A DNA stretch of 64,000 bases. Source: Botryllus schlosseri (taxonomy: Eukaryota). This document shows, one piece after another, positions 37,682-51,756 of the stretch. The position numbers and the translations under genes are program-made. A model generated the notes under the pieces. The model saw nothing but the letters and a program-made list of their open reading frames with translations. It did no database searches and was not told the DNA's origin. Position 1 is the first letter of the stretch. Each line of letters starts with the position of its first letter. The stretch spans positions 682,001-746,000 of the forward strand of contig CM119372.1 in assembly GCA_051294905.1 (NCBI GenBank), given 5' to 3'.

Positions 37682-38635
37682 GGAGGAGATGGGTACCGAT
37701 GAAACACTGGGACCGAAAATACTTGAAAATTTCTCTGTGATAATCCCATGATTACAGTACGCGACTTTGTCTACAATGGCATGCTGGCAGAATCTTTCCT
37801 CGCATGCAAAAAACTTCGACCTGTGTGAGTTATGGGGTCTGTGACAAGTGATTTGCGTTTTAGGGGGTGCAAAGTAAATTTGGATCGACATATACATTTT
37901 TCTATATCACCTTCCAGACTAAAAAACACGCAATAATTTTTGATGTGAATTATAGGGCTAGTATCAGGTTATATAATAGCACATATTTTTTGAATCGATC
38001 CCATCCTCGAGTGGACTATTTTCAATTCAATTACAATATTTATAGGGTGGGGGACCTATATGGTACCATAGCCAAATCAAGCAAAATAGTTGGACCAACT
38101 AATCATACAGAAACACGCATTACTTATATAGAGACTGTAAATCATAGTTACCTGTGGTGTTTTATCGCTATTAAGAGGTATTTGAAAGTCAAAATGTCGA
38201 TTTTCCGGTAATATGTAGGTTGTATTGATTTTGTAAGTTTTGGCGGAAATCAAAACGTGATTTTATCCCAATATTTGAGTTGATATAATCTTTTCTATTC
38301 TTGTAGGTGGCGACGACACATTCTTCATTGGCATGCTGTAGCTTAGATTATAGTACACAACGAAACAAGTTGAAACAGTTGAGTTTTGAGCGTATGTCTC
38401 ATAGGTCCCAGGGTCGTGTGCCATTGGACCCACCGGGTGGGGATTGATGACACGTTCGAGCAACAAATTTTAAACGTTTTATTTTTTGAAAAGGAGGATA
38501 TCCATGTAAATGTCCGCGATAGTTAGAGCTTGTATCAAAGTGTTGAGACAGCAAAAGATCCGCTATTCTCGGCTGAAGATTTGAGGGCCAGAGATCATTT
38601 TGCAATTTTTGATCCATCGGTACCACATCTCCCCC
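37682..38635. mobile_element. Non-autonomous DNA transposon, superfamily unassigned
   Basis: Imperfect TIR GGAGGAGATGGGTACCGATG / CATCGGTACCACATCTCCCCC. No clear TSD. Confidence 0.6.
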
Positions 38636-40234
38636 TACTTAATTGCTAATAAAACCGAAAAAAGCGAGGCAATGAATAACATAAGTAGGATGTCGAAATA
38701 ACGACCAAATACGGTCTCTCAATCTGGTATGCCCTCGGCCTTGGGCCAGTGTCCGATGTATATTGTAGGCCCATATCTTTCATTTTTAGGCTTCCTTGCT
38801 ATTTTCATTGTCTTTATTGGATTGGTCTTTGATCGGGTGTGTCATCCCCATCAGAACCTGGGGCTGAAAAGTGACATGTCATGCACCCCAGCAAAGACCT
38901 CGTAAGGTAGCCTACATTAAATTAGAAGGAGAGGATGCTGTCGAATATGCGCGTAGGCAGCGGCGTAAAGCTATTGTGCATTATGATGTCATTCACTATC
39001 ACCCCCCACAAAATGGGCATTTTGTGAACTATGAAGTGACTTCATATATCAATAACAATGTCAAGAGTCAAGTGCACCAGTTTGATGCTGGTGTGATCAC
39101 TGATCAGACTAGTTGACCTTCACCGTCGTATCGATCATTCCTATCTGATACCGAATGCAGTGTGCACTGTGCATGCATATTTTCTGTACCACCATCATCG
39201 CCATGTGTTTTTTTATGTATTTTGGTTGGATGAAAATAAAGACTAGCTCTCTCTCTCTCATTGGTAGCTAGGCGATACCTGTGGTCTATTGGGCATTTTT
39301 AGCAGGCTGATGCGTAATGAGTCTGCCGTCCCAGTATGTAAATAAAACCACGGAAATAACGAAAATTAGTACGACTTCATGCAGAATGCGTCCATCTTTT
39401 TCGTGTTGATTTGATCGAAACAACTAGCCAGACGAGCGATTCTCTCATACGAAACTCATTATGGATTCGTAATCAGAAATTTCATAATGAATGCATTCTA
39501 GTGGTAGCGAAAAACCGCCCGATGCAAAGGTATAGGGAGGATGGCTCTACTACTTTATATGGGCCGATTTTCGCTTGCTTGCACTTGGAGAGGGGATTGA
39601 AAGTGAATTAGCCTACCTAAAAGAACATATATAGAATATTTAGAACTCGGAAATCATGAACACTCTCACTGTTTTGTCGAACGTTAATACTAAAATTTGT
39701 AGGCAAGACATATCGTAGCATAGGCTTCGTGGACGTTATAAGACACACATTTAACTCATACATGATTTGCGAGGATACGCACGTCTTGGTCACCATTGGT
39801 TGCGAGGAATTAGGCCCGATCGAACTGTAACTGTTGCGGGGGTACATCGTGTGCTGAAGTGGAATCGAAACCAGTTGTTCTGTGATGACATTATATTATA
39901 AGCTCATTTGTAATTTAGCAATTGATACCTCGCTGTTGCGTTTCGACCAATTATTACGATGACACTTTCCAAGATTAAGCCTCGCATTGCTGAACACTGT
40001 GAACAGGAGTCTAACAGGGACAGCAGAAGTCAACCACACTATAATGTTTTTGTTTTGTCTGAAAATTAATTCTTTGAACACTTTGTTCACCCACGGTTCA
40101 TTTTGTGCACCAGTAATCTAGAATGTATTCGACGTGTAGGCTATGTTTTGGGGGATTTTTGTTTTTATGACTTAGCGAAAATTTGGTGTTCAGCGAAGCC
40201 TTGCAAATTAGCCTAAGTATTTCGCAGGTCATAG

Positions 40235-41174
40235 CAGTGTTGGGATGACTCGAGCCATGACTTGACTCGAGTCAGACTCGAGTCAACTTTTTCGTATGAC
40301 TTGACTTGACTCGAGTCACTTTGGAAAAATGACTTGACTTGACTTGACTCGGAGCTTCAAAAATGTGCATTGACTCGTGACTCGGAGCAAAATTTACGAG
40401 TCAATTTCAAGTCATTAAGTAAGCGGTGTCGAATAAATCCCAGTATCTTGTGTATGTTCGGATTGTTCGAGATACGCCGGTGTCACTTGTGAGAAAGAAC
40501 CAGTCATTTAGTGATTGTACATTACAAGGTTCCTTCATTGTTAGATCACAAATAAATTGACCGCAAAGTAAAAAATTAATGTAAATAGCAATGTGTCTCT
40601 GTTTCTTAGACGGCTCAATGCTGACGTTGCCCAGTGCTCACATTTGCCAAACCTCTTGTGTGATTTAAATCGAACGAATATATATCGTGCGTTTATATTC
40701 TCACGGATGTGTGTAGATGGTTAGTGTAGGCTATTGTACCATATCAATTTGTTTTAACTTCCCGAAGCCTCTTATTAGGTCCTATAATTTGGCTGATAAG
40801 CACTGACTGTAGTAGGTAGCTGTGCAGTTACTCACGTACTTTATTAGCAGTTCTACGTGTGCGTGAGGGATACACCGTCTTTTTGCATGTATAATTAACT
40901 AGATATTCGTTATTTGATTTAGATAAATGATCATTTAATCTGTCTTTCACACAGCTAGCAAAATGTAATGACTTTGAATCATCACTCTTACTTCGAAAAT
41001 TCAATTTGACTTGACTCGTGACTTGACTTGACTCGACTTGACTCGAGTCACCTCCGAACAACGAGTGACTTGACTTGACTCGAGTCACCTTTGAAAATCT
41101 ATTGACTTGACTTGACTCGAGTAAAAATCTGCAATGACTCGTGACTCGAAGGTAGTGACTTGATCCCAACACTG
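40235..41174. mobile_element. GACTCGAGTC-rich hAT-like MITE
   Basis: TIR CAGTGTTGGGAT/ATCCCAACACTG and TSD ggtcatag/gatcatag. Confidence 0.92.
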
Positions 41175-44100
41175 GATCATAGTAGCCTAAACGTTATGAA
41201 CCTCTGGCCTATAGGTGTTTTTTAAATTATTAGACATCCGTTCACTACGTAGTACCTTACCTACACCGCATTGTATTCATTGTGTATGAAGAGCGGATGT
41301 AGACACTATACTACCGCTGAATATTGATTAGGCTACGTGTTTTAGGCTTGTTAAATATTAGTTTTAGCCAATCTTGTGATTCCCATCGCAACCGTGTAAA
41401 GTCAATTCATGATCTCGACACAAATTGAATGACGGCGACTGGACGGCTTCTCAAAAATACCATTCTCGCCAAATCCTGCAATTTGCATGGAACACGAAAA
41501 CTGACAGCTTGTAAACGTGATTCGTGATCAACTAAGCGATTTTCTCCAAAGGTACAAGATTCGAGATGGTGATACCATAACCGTTGCAAAGTGGTTGGAG
41601 GTGCAACGTCCGGTTGGCAGCAGCCACATGGAGGTCACGCGAGGACCACGTCGTGAAATGTCTGTGCCGTGCACGGATTTGATGTCTTGGAATTGGGGAT
41701 ATTTCTCATGTTGACTTCAAGAGATATTGGCGAAATCATGGAATTTTGGGTGTAAAATTTGTTTCAAACCAGGTTTTCTCTAGGTTCCCGAGGGTTACAC
41801 GAGGTGTTTGTATTACTTTACAAACGCGCGTATTAGTTAAGTTATGTGGCTAAAGCCGTTTAAACCCGCACTGAAACAAGCACATTATTGAATTATATAA
41901 TTACATGAGGTACCTTGCTACTGTAGACGGGTAGCAGAAATCAACTGAAATTTGAAAGTAGGTTTTGGACTAGTCGATGTGACAACTAGCCTACGATACA
42001 ATGTAGTCAAGCAAACCTTTTATATCACCCCAATTCAGGGATATTTTGTGGCAGTGCATTCCAAATATTGGCTACTCAATTAGATTGTCAAGTACTAATA
42101 ATTGTAATTACACAAATGGCTATCTCTTTGGATTATACATTTACTTCTACCTATGAACAGATATTTGGGAAAAATTATACCAAATTTTGAATAATACACT
42201 CTTAGAGGATCAAAAGAGTGCAATGTGCATACACACCGATGTATACCACCCGCGATATACAACCGTTGTACACGAAACCAGAATCTACCTCAGACTTCAC
42301 GCAAAAGCAACATTTGAATTCAAATGATGCTTGCACGTATAGGGTAACAATGATATAATTGAGTTAGGTTATGTTATCATGTACCACATTTTGGGTGTGA
42401 ATACACACTATTTTCGCTGAGAGTGTAAGTCCAGTTCATGTTCATATTGAAATATACCCGAATATTTTCGGTTGTCAGGGGTAGGCCTAATAGACAGCAA
42501 AATAGTAGAGATTTTAAAAGAAAATTAGCAAATCGCATCATCAAATATGATGTCATCGTGATGTAAATTCGAATAATTGAAGTGTACAGATGGCTTAAGC
42601 TCAATGTACTATTTTCAGATACACAAACGCCTTCTCTTGGCACAAACTATAGGTTGGCGTATTTTGATAAAACTTGACTCCCGCAGCAAGGCACACAATT
42701 AAAGGAAAGCCTTCTCGATGATTATACTCGCACGTATAGAATTGACCAATGAATGTTTGCTAATGGCAAAATTCATGGCCATCTCTATCTGCATGATTAA
42801 AGCTTCGGGGGATGAATCAAGTACGACCTTCTCTCCGAGTGTTTTCAAATGATTCTCGTGTGTCTTAGTAACGAAATATTTTCCTAAGATCAGTGTCATT
42901 ACTATGACTGTATATAGTGTATAGTATTTTTGTGTTGCTGGTCACGAATAAGATGAACCACGCAATTTCGATGCGATTTACTACAAAAAGTACGCGATCC
43001 CGGTGCCAAGTATAGGCCCTACTTTACGTATACTTGCCGAGTACATTTTGAACCTATCACTGTCAACTTTCACGTTAACTAGTTTTAACATGTTGTGGAA
43101 AGACCCTTCTATAGTCTGGAGTAGAAATTGATGGCATTACTTAGATTTCTACTTGAGTACCAACGATGACTACTTTGACCGAATGAATAAGTGATCAAAA
43201 GGTGTGTTCTGTGTGCGAACCGTAAATAGATCAGACTTGACATGTTACATAATCGTGGTGAAGAAGTATTCTATATAAATATAATTTCATGGAGGATTTG
43301 GCTAGCCGTCTCGCATGCATCCTTGAATTTTCGCAGCATATATATGCGACACGTTCTAGAACGTGCGTTTCCATGGCGTGTAGCCAGGAGATGCGATCAA
43401 TTGCAACAACACATTAAACCTGTGACGCTATGTTATTATGGATTACACGATAGCTATGTCCTCTGAAACATTCATTAAAATGTTACCGGTTTAACGTACA
43501 GTCTTCACGCACAGAGGCGTCGCTATAACGCACGTAGATAATAATTATTTGGGGAATTTTGTGAGCGAATATACCTTCGGTGCGTTCCGTTAGCAATCCG
43601 GATCGCTTCATGTCGTTTTCAGAAGCGGGAAATCTGCGTATGCGTGACCGGCGACCGCACACCATTCAAGATGGTGACGGGTCCATAGCATGGAATATTA
43701 GATAAACAATCTAAATATAATCTAAATTGTGAAATATTTTTATGCTCTAATTTAATTTTTAATCTTATTTCTAGTTTCCATGAAAATGCTACAGAGGAGG
43801 TCGTCTGTGTCGTACGAAACGAGCCATAAGCTCGCTGTACAGACGATTTACAATTTTCCATTTCCAAGCTTATGAGAATAAGCTGTGATTTGATATGAAC
43901 TTCAAGTTTGAGTGAATTTAGTCATTCTAATTCGAATCTATAGTTTAGAAAAAAACGGGTGTAAAGCTAATTCTGTCATGTAATAGTTGGGAAAACTTGG
44001 GAATTCTCTAATCCGCGGTATTTTCCTAATTTCGAAACAACGGTTGGTTGGTTTGATTCGAATGAGAACAGGATGAAAGCGAGTTTGGAATCGCAGTCAC

Positions 44101-44678
44101 TCAATAATCCCCTAATATTTGGATTTAAATATCGAACAGTCAGCGTTCAAGATAACAATAATAAAGACATCTTCTGTTAAATGCAGCTTTACCGTTTTAT
44201 TTAGATATACTATACAGTAGTACATTGTGTGTAATACATTGAAATACATTGCGGGTAAAACATTTTGAAAAGAAGAAATTATTTTAATAATTTAGCGACA
44301 GGCCATATAGTACGTTAGATTGTTATTGCTGCCGTCAAAATTGCATTGTTTCGAAAAAATCAAGTTATATAATTGAATGAACGACAAGCCACAGTAAGTC
44401 GAATTGCTATCGCTGATCAAAAAAATCGGGCATTTCCAACGAAGTTGACAAAACCGTTCCATAATGCACAATTCGTGACAATAAAAGGTTTCGGGAACGA
44501 TCGTTTTCGTTTTCACAGAAAGTCACGTCACAGTAAACGAAGATCGATAGATCGCAAATCAATACTGTCGCGCCTGAAATCAACAATTGTTGATTCGTGA
44601 TCACCAAGTCGGTATATAACACGGCAACATTTCACAGGCGCGTGATTCTACAGAAAGACGGCTTGCAATATTCTGAAA

Positions 44679-45389
44679 ATGTCGACCACTTCCAGTATGA
44701 CTGATCAATCCATCTTTGACCAAGAGAGCCCATTGATCGTCGACAATAATAATGGAGACAAAAAATACGAAAGGTCGACTAGCTACGATGAATGGGCACT
44801 GTCTTACGAGTGGGATTTACTGGATATGGGATACAGACTGCACGAAGTAGCTACAGACCTTCTCATGGAGCACTTGGAAAACAAGAAAAGTCCTGACTGT
44901 CACATTATAGATGTGGGCTGCGGGACAGGCTTTATCGGGCGGTCCTTACGCAAGAAAGATTTCTCGGGAGTTATCCACGGAATTGACGAAAACGAAACGA
45001 TGCTTCGAGAAGCAGAACGCAAAAACGCTTACGATGACTTGTTCTGGCAACACCTATCTCCAGGAGAAAGAATTGACATCAACGACAGCGTCACGTACGA
45101 TGGTCTGACTTGTATCGCGTCGTTTGGGGAAGAACACATCCACCCTGCCATGCTACCGTTACTGGTGCACAAAGTCAAGTCAGACGGGGTGGTGGTGATT
45201 TCTGCAGCTAATCATCCTCGTATCGAGACAGACAAGAAGCTATTGGAGAGCGAGATCGAGAAGCTAGTCGAGTCGAAGACTATTTACGAAGTAGGGCAAT
45301 CCACTGAGCTTTATTTCTCGAGAGGCGTTTCGTCGAGGAGTACAGAAAACACGGCTACCTGTCAAGTTTACTGCTTTGTGAAGACTTGA
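44679..45389 (+). CDS. Class I SAM-dependent methyltransferase, METTL27 (WBSCR27)-like, intronless
   Basis: 236-aa ORF with YDEWALSYE.D...GY, motif I IIDVGCGTG, GID...ML..A..K..Y and YDGLTCIASFGEEHI. Orthologue versus lineage-specific paralogue is unresolved. Confidence 0.82.
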   Translation: MSTTSSMTDQSIFDQESPLIVDNNNGDKKYERSTSYDEWALSYEWDLLDMGYRLHEVATDLLMEHLENKKSPDCHIIDVGCGTGFIGRSLRKKDFSGVIHGIDENETMLREAERKNAYDDLFWQHLSPGERIDINDSVTYDGLTCIASFGEEHIHPAMLPLLVHKVKSDGVVVISAANHPRIETDKKLLESEIEKLVESKTIYEVGQSTELYFSRGVSSRSTENTATCQVYCFVKT

Positions 45390-45806
45390 GTCCTCTCAAC
45401 ACTTTCCTTTCGTGCACAGCACACGGCTATCTGTCAAGTCTAATGCTTTGTAAAGACTTGAGGCATGCAAAAGGCCGCCTACAGACCTTGGTGGCTGGTT
45501 CGCGACGCGACCGCTATACGGTCGATAAGCTCGAAAAAAGGCGGGAATCACTTCTGGGAGTACATTCGGTCATGTAAAGTTCGGAAGCCTATCCGCTTTA
45601 GGTCGATTGTGTAATTATTGAGACTGTGGCGTTTCTATATAGCGTAATGTGGCGTTTCTATATAGCGTAATGTTAAGAATTTTGATTGCAATCGTGCGTC
45701 TGCGTATGTATTTGATGACTGACTATAATTGTCTTCCCGTTTTACATTTTGACCACTAAACTAACAAACGCATGTCGCAGTTATGACCGAAAATGTCAGA
45801 ATTTAG

Positions 45807-46746
45807 GGCCCTGTGGATATAAAGCTGTATCAGCTGTACCAGCTGTATCAGCTGTATCACCCTGTGGATATTAAAGCTGTATCAGCTGTATCACCCCGTG
45901 TATATAAAGCTGTATCAGCTGTATCATGATCTTATAGACCGATTTTATCATGAATTATTGAAAAATTTTCGCGCTTCACGCTGGCCCACTTACAACAATA
46001 ATTTCGTGGCAAAAGTGAACAACGTGATGGGGGACGGTTTATCACCCTATAGGAGCCCAAGATTCAAGGTTTTTTGGGGACCCTGACGAAGTGCTGCTGT
46101 TTCGTTCCTGCCAACGGGTATACACCCGGAGATGTTTAATTAATTATTATTCCAGGGGTCCTACCTTTTCAAACACACCTCACCCAGCTCTACAGGTCGG
46201 TAGCCTAAATCAGATTACGTGAGCAGAGAGAGGAAAAAAATTTGTCGACTCAATCATGAAATATAGAAATTTCTCCGCGCGTTTAGGCGAGAAGAGCTGG
46301 CTCACTCAATGTGTGACAGCCTACAAGACTATTTCGCGCATCCCAGACATAGTATAGACCTGATACTTATTGCAGAGTGATACCTGGGTGAATCTCGGTA
46401 CGGTTTGTCTTATATAATATGGGAGCAGCGATGATTCTCAAGTTAAAGTAATTAAAAAAATAATAATAAAAAAATCAATAATTGTTTGAACACAAGACAC
46501 CGATTCCATACAGGTAGAGTGATACAGCTGATAGGTGATAGCTGATACAGCTTTATATCCACAGGGTGATACAGCTGATACAGCTTTATATTCACAGGGT
46601 GATACAGCTGATACAGCTTTATATCCATAGGGTGATACACCTGATACAGCTTTATATCCACATTCCACAGGGTGATACAGCTGTTAGGCCTACAGCTTTA
46701 TATCCACAGGGTGATACAGCTGATACAGCTTTATATCCACGGGGCC
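45807..46746. mobile_element. GGCC-ended element with tandem subterminal repeats (Merlin/MULE-like)
   Basis: TIR GGCCCTGTGGATATAAAGCTGTATCAGCTG / CAGCTGATACAGCTTTATATCCACGGGGCC, ~33-bp subterminal repeats and a perfect TSD gaatttag. Confidence 0.85.
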
Positions 46747-48179
46747 GAATTTAGAAGTCGCGAAACTACGACTTGCAAAGTTTATTTAAAATCGATGAAA
46801 ACCGGAGTCTAATCAACTTCTGACCGCAAACCAACCGACACAAAACGTCTTCCATCGTCGACGGCATGACAGTTACTTACAGACTATAGACTACATAGGC
46901 CGATAACCATACCTTTATTCAACTTGATATTCTTATTTTCCTACCTGTACCAGCCCACCGCAGTTTCTACTGGCAGCGTCAGCACAATTCACAAGACATG
47001 ATATGCTGGTGGTCATGGATTTGTTAACTTATTATCGCGTGATGATTGTAAGAGGATAATAAACTCTTCGTTTCTTTGATATGAAGTGCGACGGCTTTCA
47101 GATATAGCCATTTGCCTGGGGTCGTACAGCGCAGTGATAGGGCGTCGTGCTTTCAGATGGCCTTAACGGAGACTTGCTCGTAATACTCGTATCTATGGAG
47201 TGTGGATTTACCGTTAGGCGACCTGAAAAGCGTGGGGAGCTTACCAGACTAGCAAACACTACTGATATAGTTAGTTGATGATCAACTATAGCTACTGTTT
47301 TTTCGAACAGTCCTAGTTGCGGAGTTACCGATGTACTAGAAAAAACGTGTCGTCGTTTGGCGTGAATCGTGCTCTGTCCTTGTATCCATTGTTAGCTCAG
47401 AGTCGTCACTATTAACAGTAGCGTAGTGAAGGGTGGGTTTAGGGGATCGAATCCCCTCGCATTTCAAGCTTGTTCTGATGTTCATGTGGAAAAATATCAT
47501 GATTGAGAATTAAACGCAGGCAGTTGGGGATTCCTGAAGGTCGTTACTTCTAGTTCTTGCGCATTCCGAAAATTAGCTAGCTGAAAAAGTTTGGAGCGAA
47601 TGGCTTTTTACCTGTTTCTTCGAAGGAGCACACGACAAACGCTCATTTTCCACACAGGAAATATTTGCAATGCAGTGGGTGAATCATCCGCCAAGGCAAA
47701 ACCGAATGCCAGACATTGCGTTTCGTACACCCACTTGTGATCCGGCCATACAGTAATGATGTAGTTTTCGAAGGTAAACCATACTTATTTTTGTGAAGTA
47801 TTAAGCAGTTTTGGGACATGCTCGCAACACTGTTGTAAGTGAAACTGTCATCACTGTTCCCTCTAAGCTGCGCGCGCGCTCAAATAATCCGAAGTGATGA
47901 TCTTCTTGCCAAGTCGCTATGCACTGTTGTCCAAGGGACAGCGCAGCGAGTTGGCGAGTGCGCTCAAACTCGTGAACATTGACAACTCGGCGAAAGATCC
48001 CCTGTATCAGCCTCGCTCCGACAGTATGTAACCGAGTCAAATTTAGCGCGCTTTGACCAACCAAAATTTTATCGAACAGTCAGTAATAGCTATTAGCTAC
48101 AGTTAAACCCCAACGAAAAAGACAATTTTACCTGGAGCCAAATGCCGGTAACTTAATTCGTGAATTGTTTCTACTAAAT

Positions 48180-49128
48180 CAGGGGTGGGCAAACTACGGC
48201 CCGCATGCGGCCCGCCACACCGTTCTGTGCGGCCCGCGAAAGTCTAAAGAACCTTATTAAATATATTAATAAAATGCGTACCAAATATAGAATTAATGCA
48301 GGCTCTTGAATTAACTTTTTCTTAGCATATTTCACCATGATAATTCTTAGGCAGTGGTTCTCAAACTGAGGGCGCACCCCACTTGGGGGCGTGAAAGCAT
48401 CTGAAAGGGGGCCCGAAACTGAGCTCAACTGAAAAAAATTTTCGCGCTCCGCGCGATTTACAACCCATTCGTCATTATTTCCTAGTATTTAGTCTGAATT
48501 TCATATTTAAAAATCTCTCATCCACAGTCGTAACCTTCCATGCCATCAAACTGTCAGCACACGCAGTTTGAAAGGTTTCATCCGCTAAACATCGCAGGAA
48601 TCCTAAACCAGATTGACATAATTCGGATCACGAGTGTGATTTCAGATCGGCCACTCGAGTTTGAATTATTTTAGTGATGTGCATAGAAAAAACGATTCGC
48701 GCGTGTCTTAGGTAAATTCGTTCTCTGTATGCGTAGAATTAGGGTATTTATATTTTATCTACACATAGTAGAAGCGTGTTTGAAGCTAACATGGTTATGA
48801 TGCTGTCAGATCGCTGCTCAGAGATTTAAATTTCAATCCTGTTCTAAGAATCGGGACAACCGACTTTCATCGCTATAGTTTCGACAAATTGGTTATTGAG
48901 GCCGACCAGCCTATGAAATCTCGCCACTGTTTTTGACGCGTGTACGATATCATCAAAGCAATGTGTGGATTGTTGCAAATAAGCATATATATTATCTCCA
49001 TGTCCTCACTATATAATCAAATACCAATATTGCGTTTTGGTTTATAGTCCCAATTTTATCTAGTGCGGCCCGCGAATGGATTCAGATGTTGAATGCGGCC
49101 CGCGAGCTCAAAAGTTTGCCCACCCCTG
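48180..49128. mobile_element. hAT (Charlie-like) non-autonomous element
   Basis: TIR CAGGGGTGGGCAAACT/AGTTTGCCCACCCCTG, gcggcccgc repeats and a perfect TSD tactaaat. Confidence 0.92.
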
Positions 49129-49590
49129 TACTAAATGCTAGCGTGCGAAACAACCAATCTCGATGTACAGACATTTCTTATTCTCATGTTAGTGACAATG
49201 ATAAAAAAGGCGCGACAACCGTGCCTATCGCCTTCAAATAAATCCTTGTCCTGGCGCATGTGCCTAGCTACCATCTCCGCAGACTTTCTCGCACACCCTC
49301 AACGAAAATACGATCATTTCACTTCTATTTCTGATCTGAACGAAACTCAGCCCTCGTCTTCTCCGCCCCACCTCATCTCTGACTTCCTGACGGACAACCT
49401 GAAAACATTTGCAGATCAGTTTCTGTTTCTATTATTTATGTCGAAGTTTCAATTTTCACAGGCACTCCACATCACATAAGACATACAGGACTTGTGAAAA
49501 ATCAGGCCAGAAACTCTCACCAAGTACAGGTCTTGCCCATCACACTCAAAATCGTGACACAGCAGTCTAAAATGATAAACCACTTCAGTA

Positions 49591-49938
49591 TAGGGTTACC
49601 ATACGTATTCTTTCAAGAGAATCTGTCCTCTTGACTTTTTCGAAAGTGTACTCGGAGGACGCCCAAATGTCCTGAGATTTTGTCTTATGGGAATTTTGGC
49701 TAAACATAGGGTAAAATTCGACAGAGATAACAGATAATCAGCACCAAAGTAACACAGCTGCCAGGAAAGTTGACTTTTTTTTAGTCAACCACAAAGAATT
49801 CAACAGAAGTGCGAATTTCAGGAGCCGCAACGGAAAAATAACCACACGGTCGAGAAAAATGGTGATTTTACTCCAGTATTTGAAGTCTGAAAATTTTTAA
49901 AGTGTCACTTTTTACATTTCCGAAATATGGTAACCCTA
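49591..49938. mobile_element. hAT-like MITE
   Basis: TIR TAGGGTTACCATA/TATGGTAACCCTA and a perfect TSD cttcagta. Confidence 0.9.
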
Positions 49939-51756
49939 CTTCAGTAGGCAGGACAAGCAGTCAGAAACCTACTCGAGTACTGAGAAATTATTCCGGTTTA
50001 TGGTGAGACATAAACAGGAGGGGGGGACTCGTTTCACCAAAGAAGAGTTGTAAAAATAGAGTTCAACATGAAGCTGAACAGTAATAATCAGTACAACTCA
50101 GACTCAACGCTACGACTCAAGACTGGTTGCAACCCTGATATTCAATTAACCTCACATTGACAACAATGTGTGAAACATAGCATCCTGCAAACATTTAAAA
50201 CTAGCGTACATACATTCACCGTTGTACCCACGGATTAAAATCAATTTTTATTGCAGAATCCAAAACAAAATTCAGCCAACTTCAATAATAAGCGAAGACA
50301 TTTCATCGAAAGCCCTCGTGTTCGAGTTGATCCATCACCGTGGAAGCAATTTGCCCAAGGTCACAAACTTACCAAGCAGTACAACAGAACAGCAGGTCAC
50401 ATTTCATTAAACCTTACATACGACACAAGAAAATGATCAACACTCAATAAAAAGAATCCGATTTCATTCGGGATCAGTAAAAATAGTTTCTCCACCGAGA
50501 TACAAAACCTGGTACAATCTACCTTGAGATCTGCAAGGTCGAGCAGCACTCCATTATTCTCGGCTATTTGGTCAGTTTTCAGAATCGACCATGAATCTCG
50601 GAAGGTCTCAGTTCTCGAAACTAAATAGCGGGCTGCCAATTCATTTCACCCAGAATCACAGCTGCTCGGCTGGAGATATCCGCCAGCGCTAGTGCCAGAC
50701 TTGGACGACTAAATAATACAGTTGCCCGATTATTGCAAAAGGCCGTGATCTAATTTGCAAAATGTTTCTAGACTCTCGTTTTAATTCTAATCTGGTTTTC
50801 CTGGAAATGCACAGGGACAACTGTATAGTGCAAAACAAGCTTGGTACACAGACATTTGTCATTCTCATGAGAAAGAACTCTGCCTTGATATGGACATAAC
50901 TGGATTGTTGCATTTGAATCCAAATTGGAATTTCATCAATTACCAAGTTTTCGTGAATTGTTATCCAAGTCGAAAAAAAAAACTGGCTATAATTCTAATT
51001 CAATTTGGAGAAGCTAAAAATTTCCTAGATGACCAACCATGGCGCAAGCATACATGTGCTTAATACAAGATGGGTAAAACATAATTGGCCTTCATTTTAC
51101 GGGTCAGGCTATGGATCGCGTCAAAAATAGTCTGTTTTCGTCATCAAGCTGACTGTTACATTCCTACCATTCACAAGATGGTTTATCACCGAAAGTCTCC
51201 CTGCTCAAGGTTGAGGGACTCAGAGTTTAGCTCTTCTAAAAAATGGACCAGAAAGCACCTTGTTTTTTTGTCAATCGTCTTTCCTTTACCTTCCAAAGCG
51301 TGAAGACGTCTTCGCTCGAAAATTAAAAAAATCTGTATCTCCGGAAGGTCCCGCGCGCTACGCTTGCTTGCAGACTCAAGACATGATTCTCACTGACTCG
51401 AGATGGCGGGGGGAAGAGTTTGGGGGCAAATACTATGTACACGGGGCGGCTGACTTCACACAAACTGTCTTCCTCGATCATTCTGTCAATAAAGAGATTA
51501 GGAAATGATTTTGTGCGAAACAAGAACCTGCAAGAAACTACTGAATAATATATTCATATTGAAATAAACACAATCATTTCGGCTGACACTCGTCAGGGGC
51601 TAATGCTGTTGTCGGCAATGACCTCGAAACGATTTTCAGCCAAAAGCATTCGGGTATATTACAACATGAATACAGGTCACAGGGGAAATAGACAGACGCG
51701 GGGAAGAGGGTTGGTTCTACAATCGGACCGCTCGAAAGGATCATGATCATAATCAT

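Noticed and set aside
39300..41720. Short ORFs at 39411, 39617, 39896 and 41517
   Set aside because: All are under 80 codons, with no family motif and no consistent exon chain.
46515..46746. Regularly spaced ~33-bp repeats resembling a CRISPR array
   Set aside because: There are no unique spacers, the context is eukaryotic, and they are subterminal repeats of a TSD-flanked transposon.
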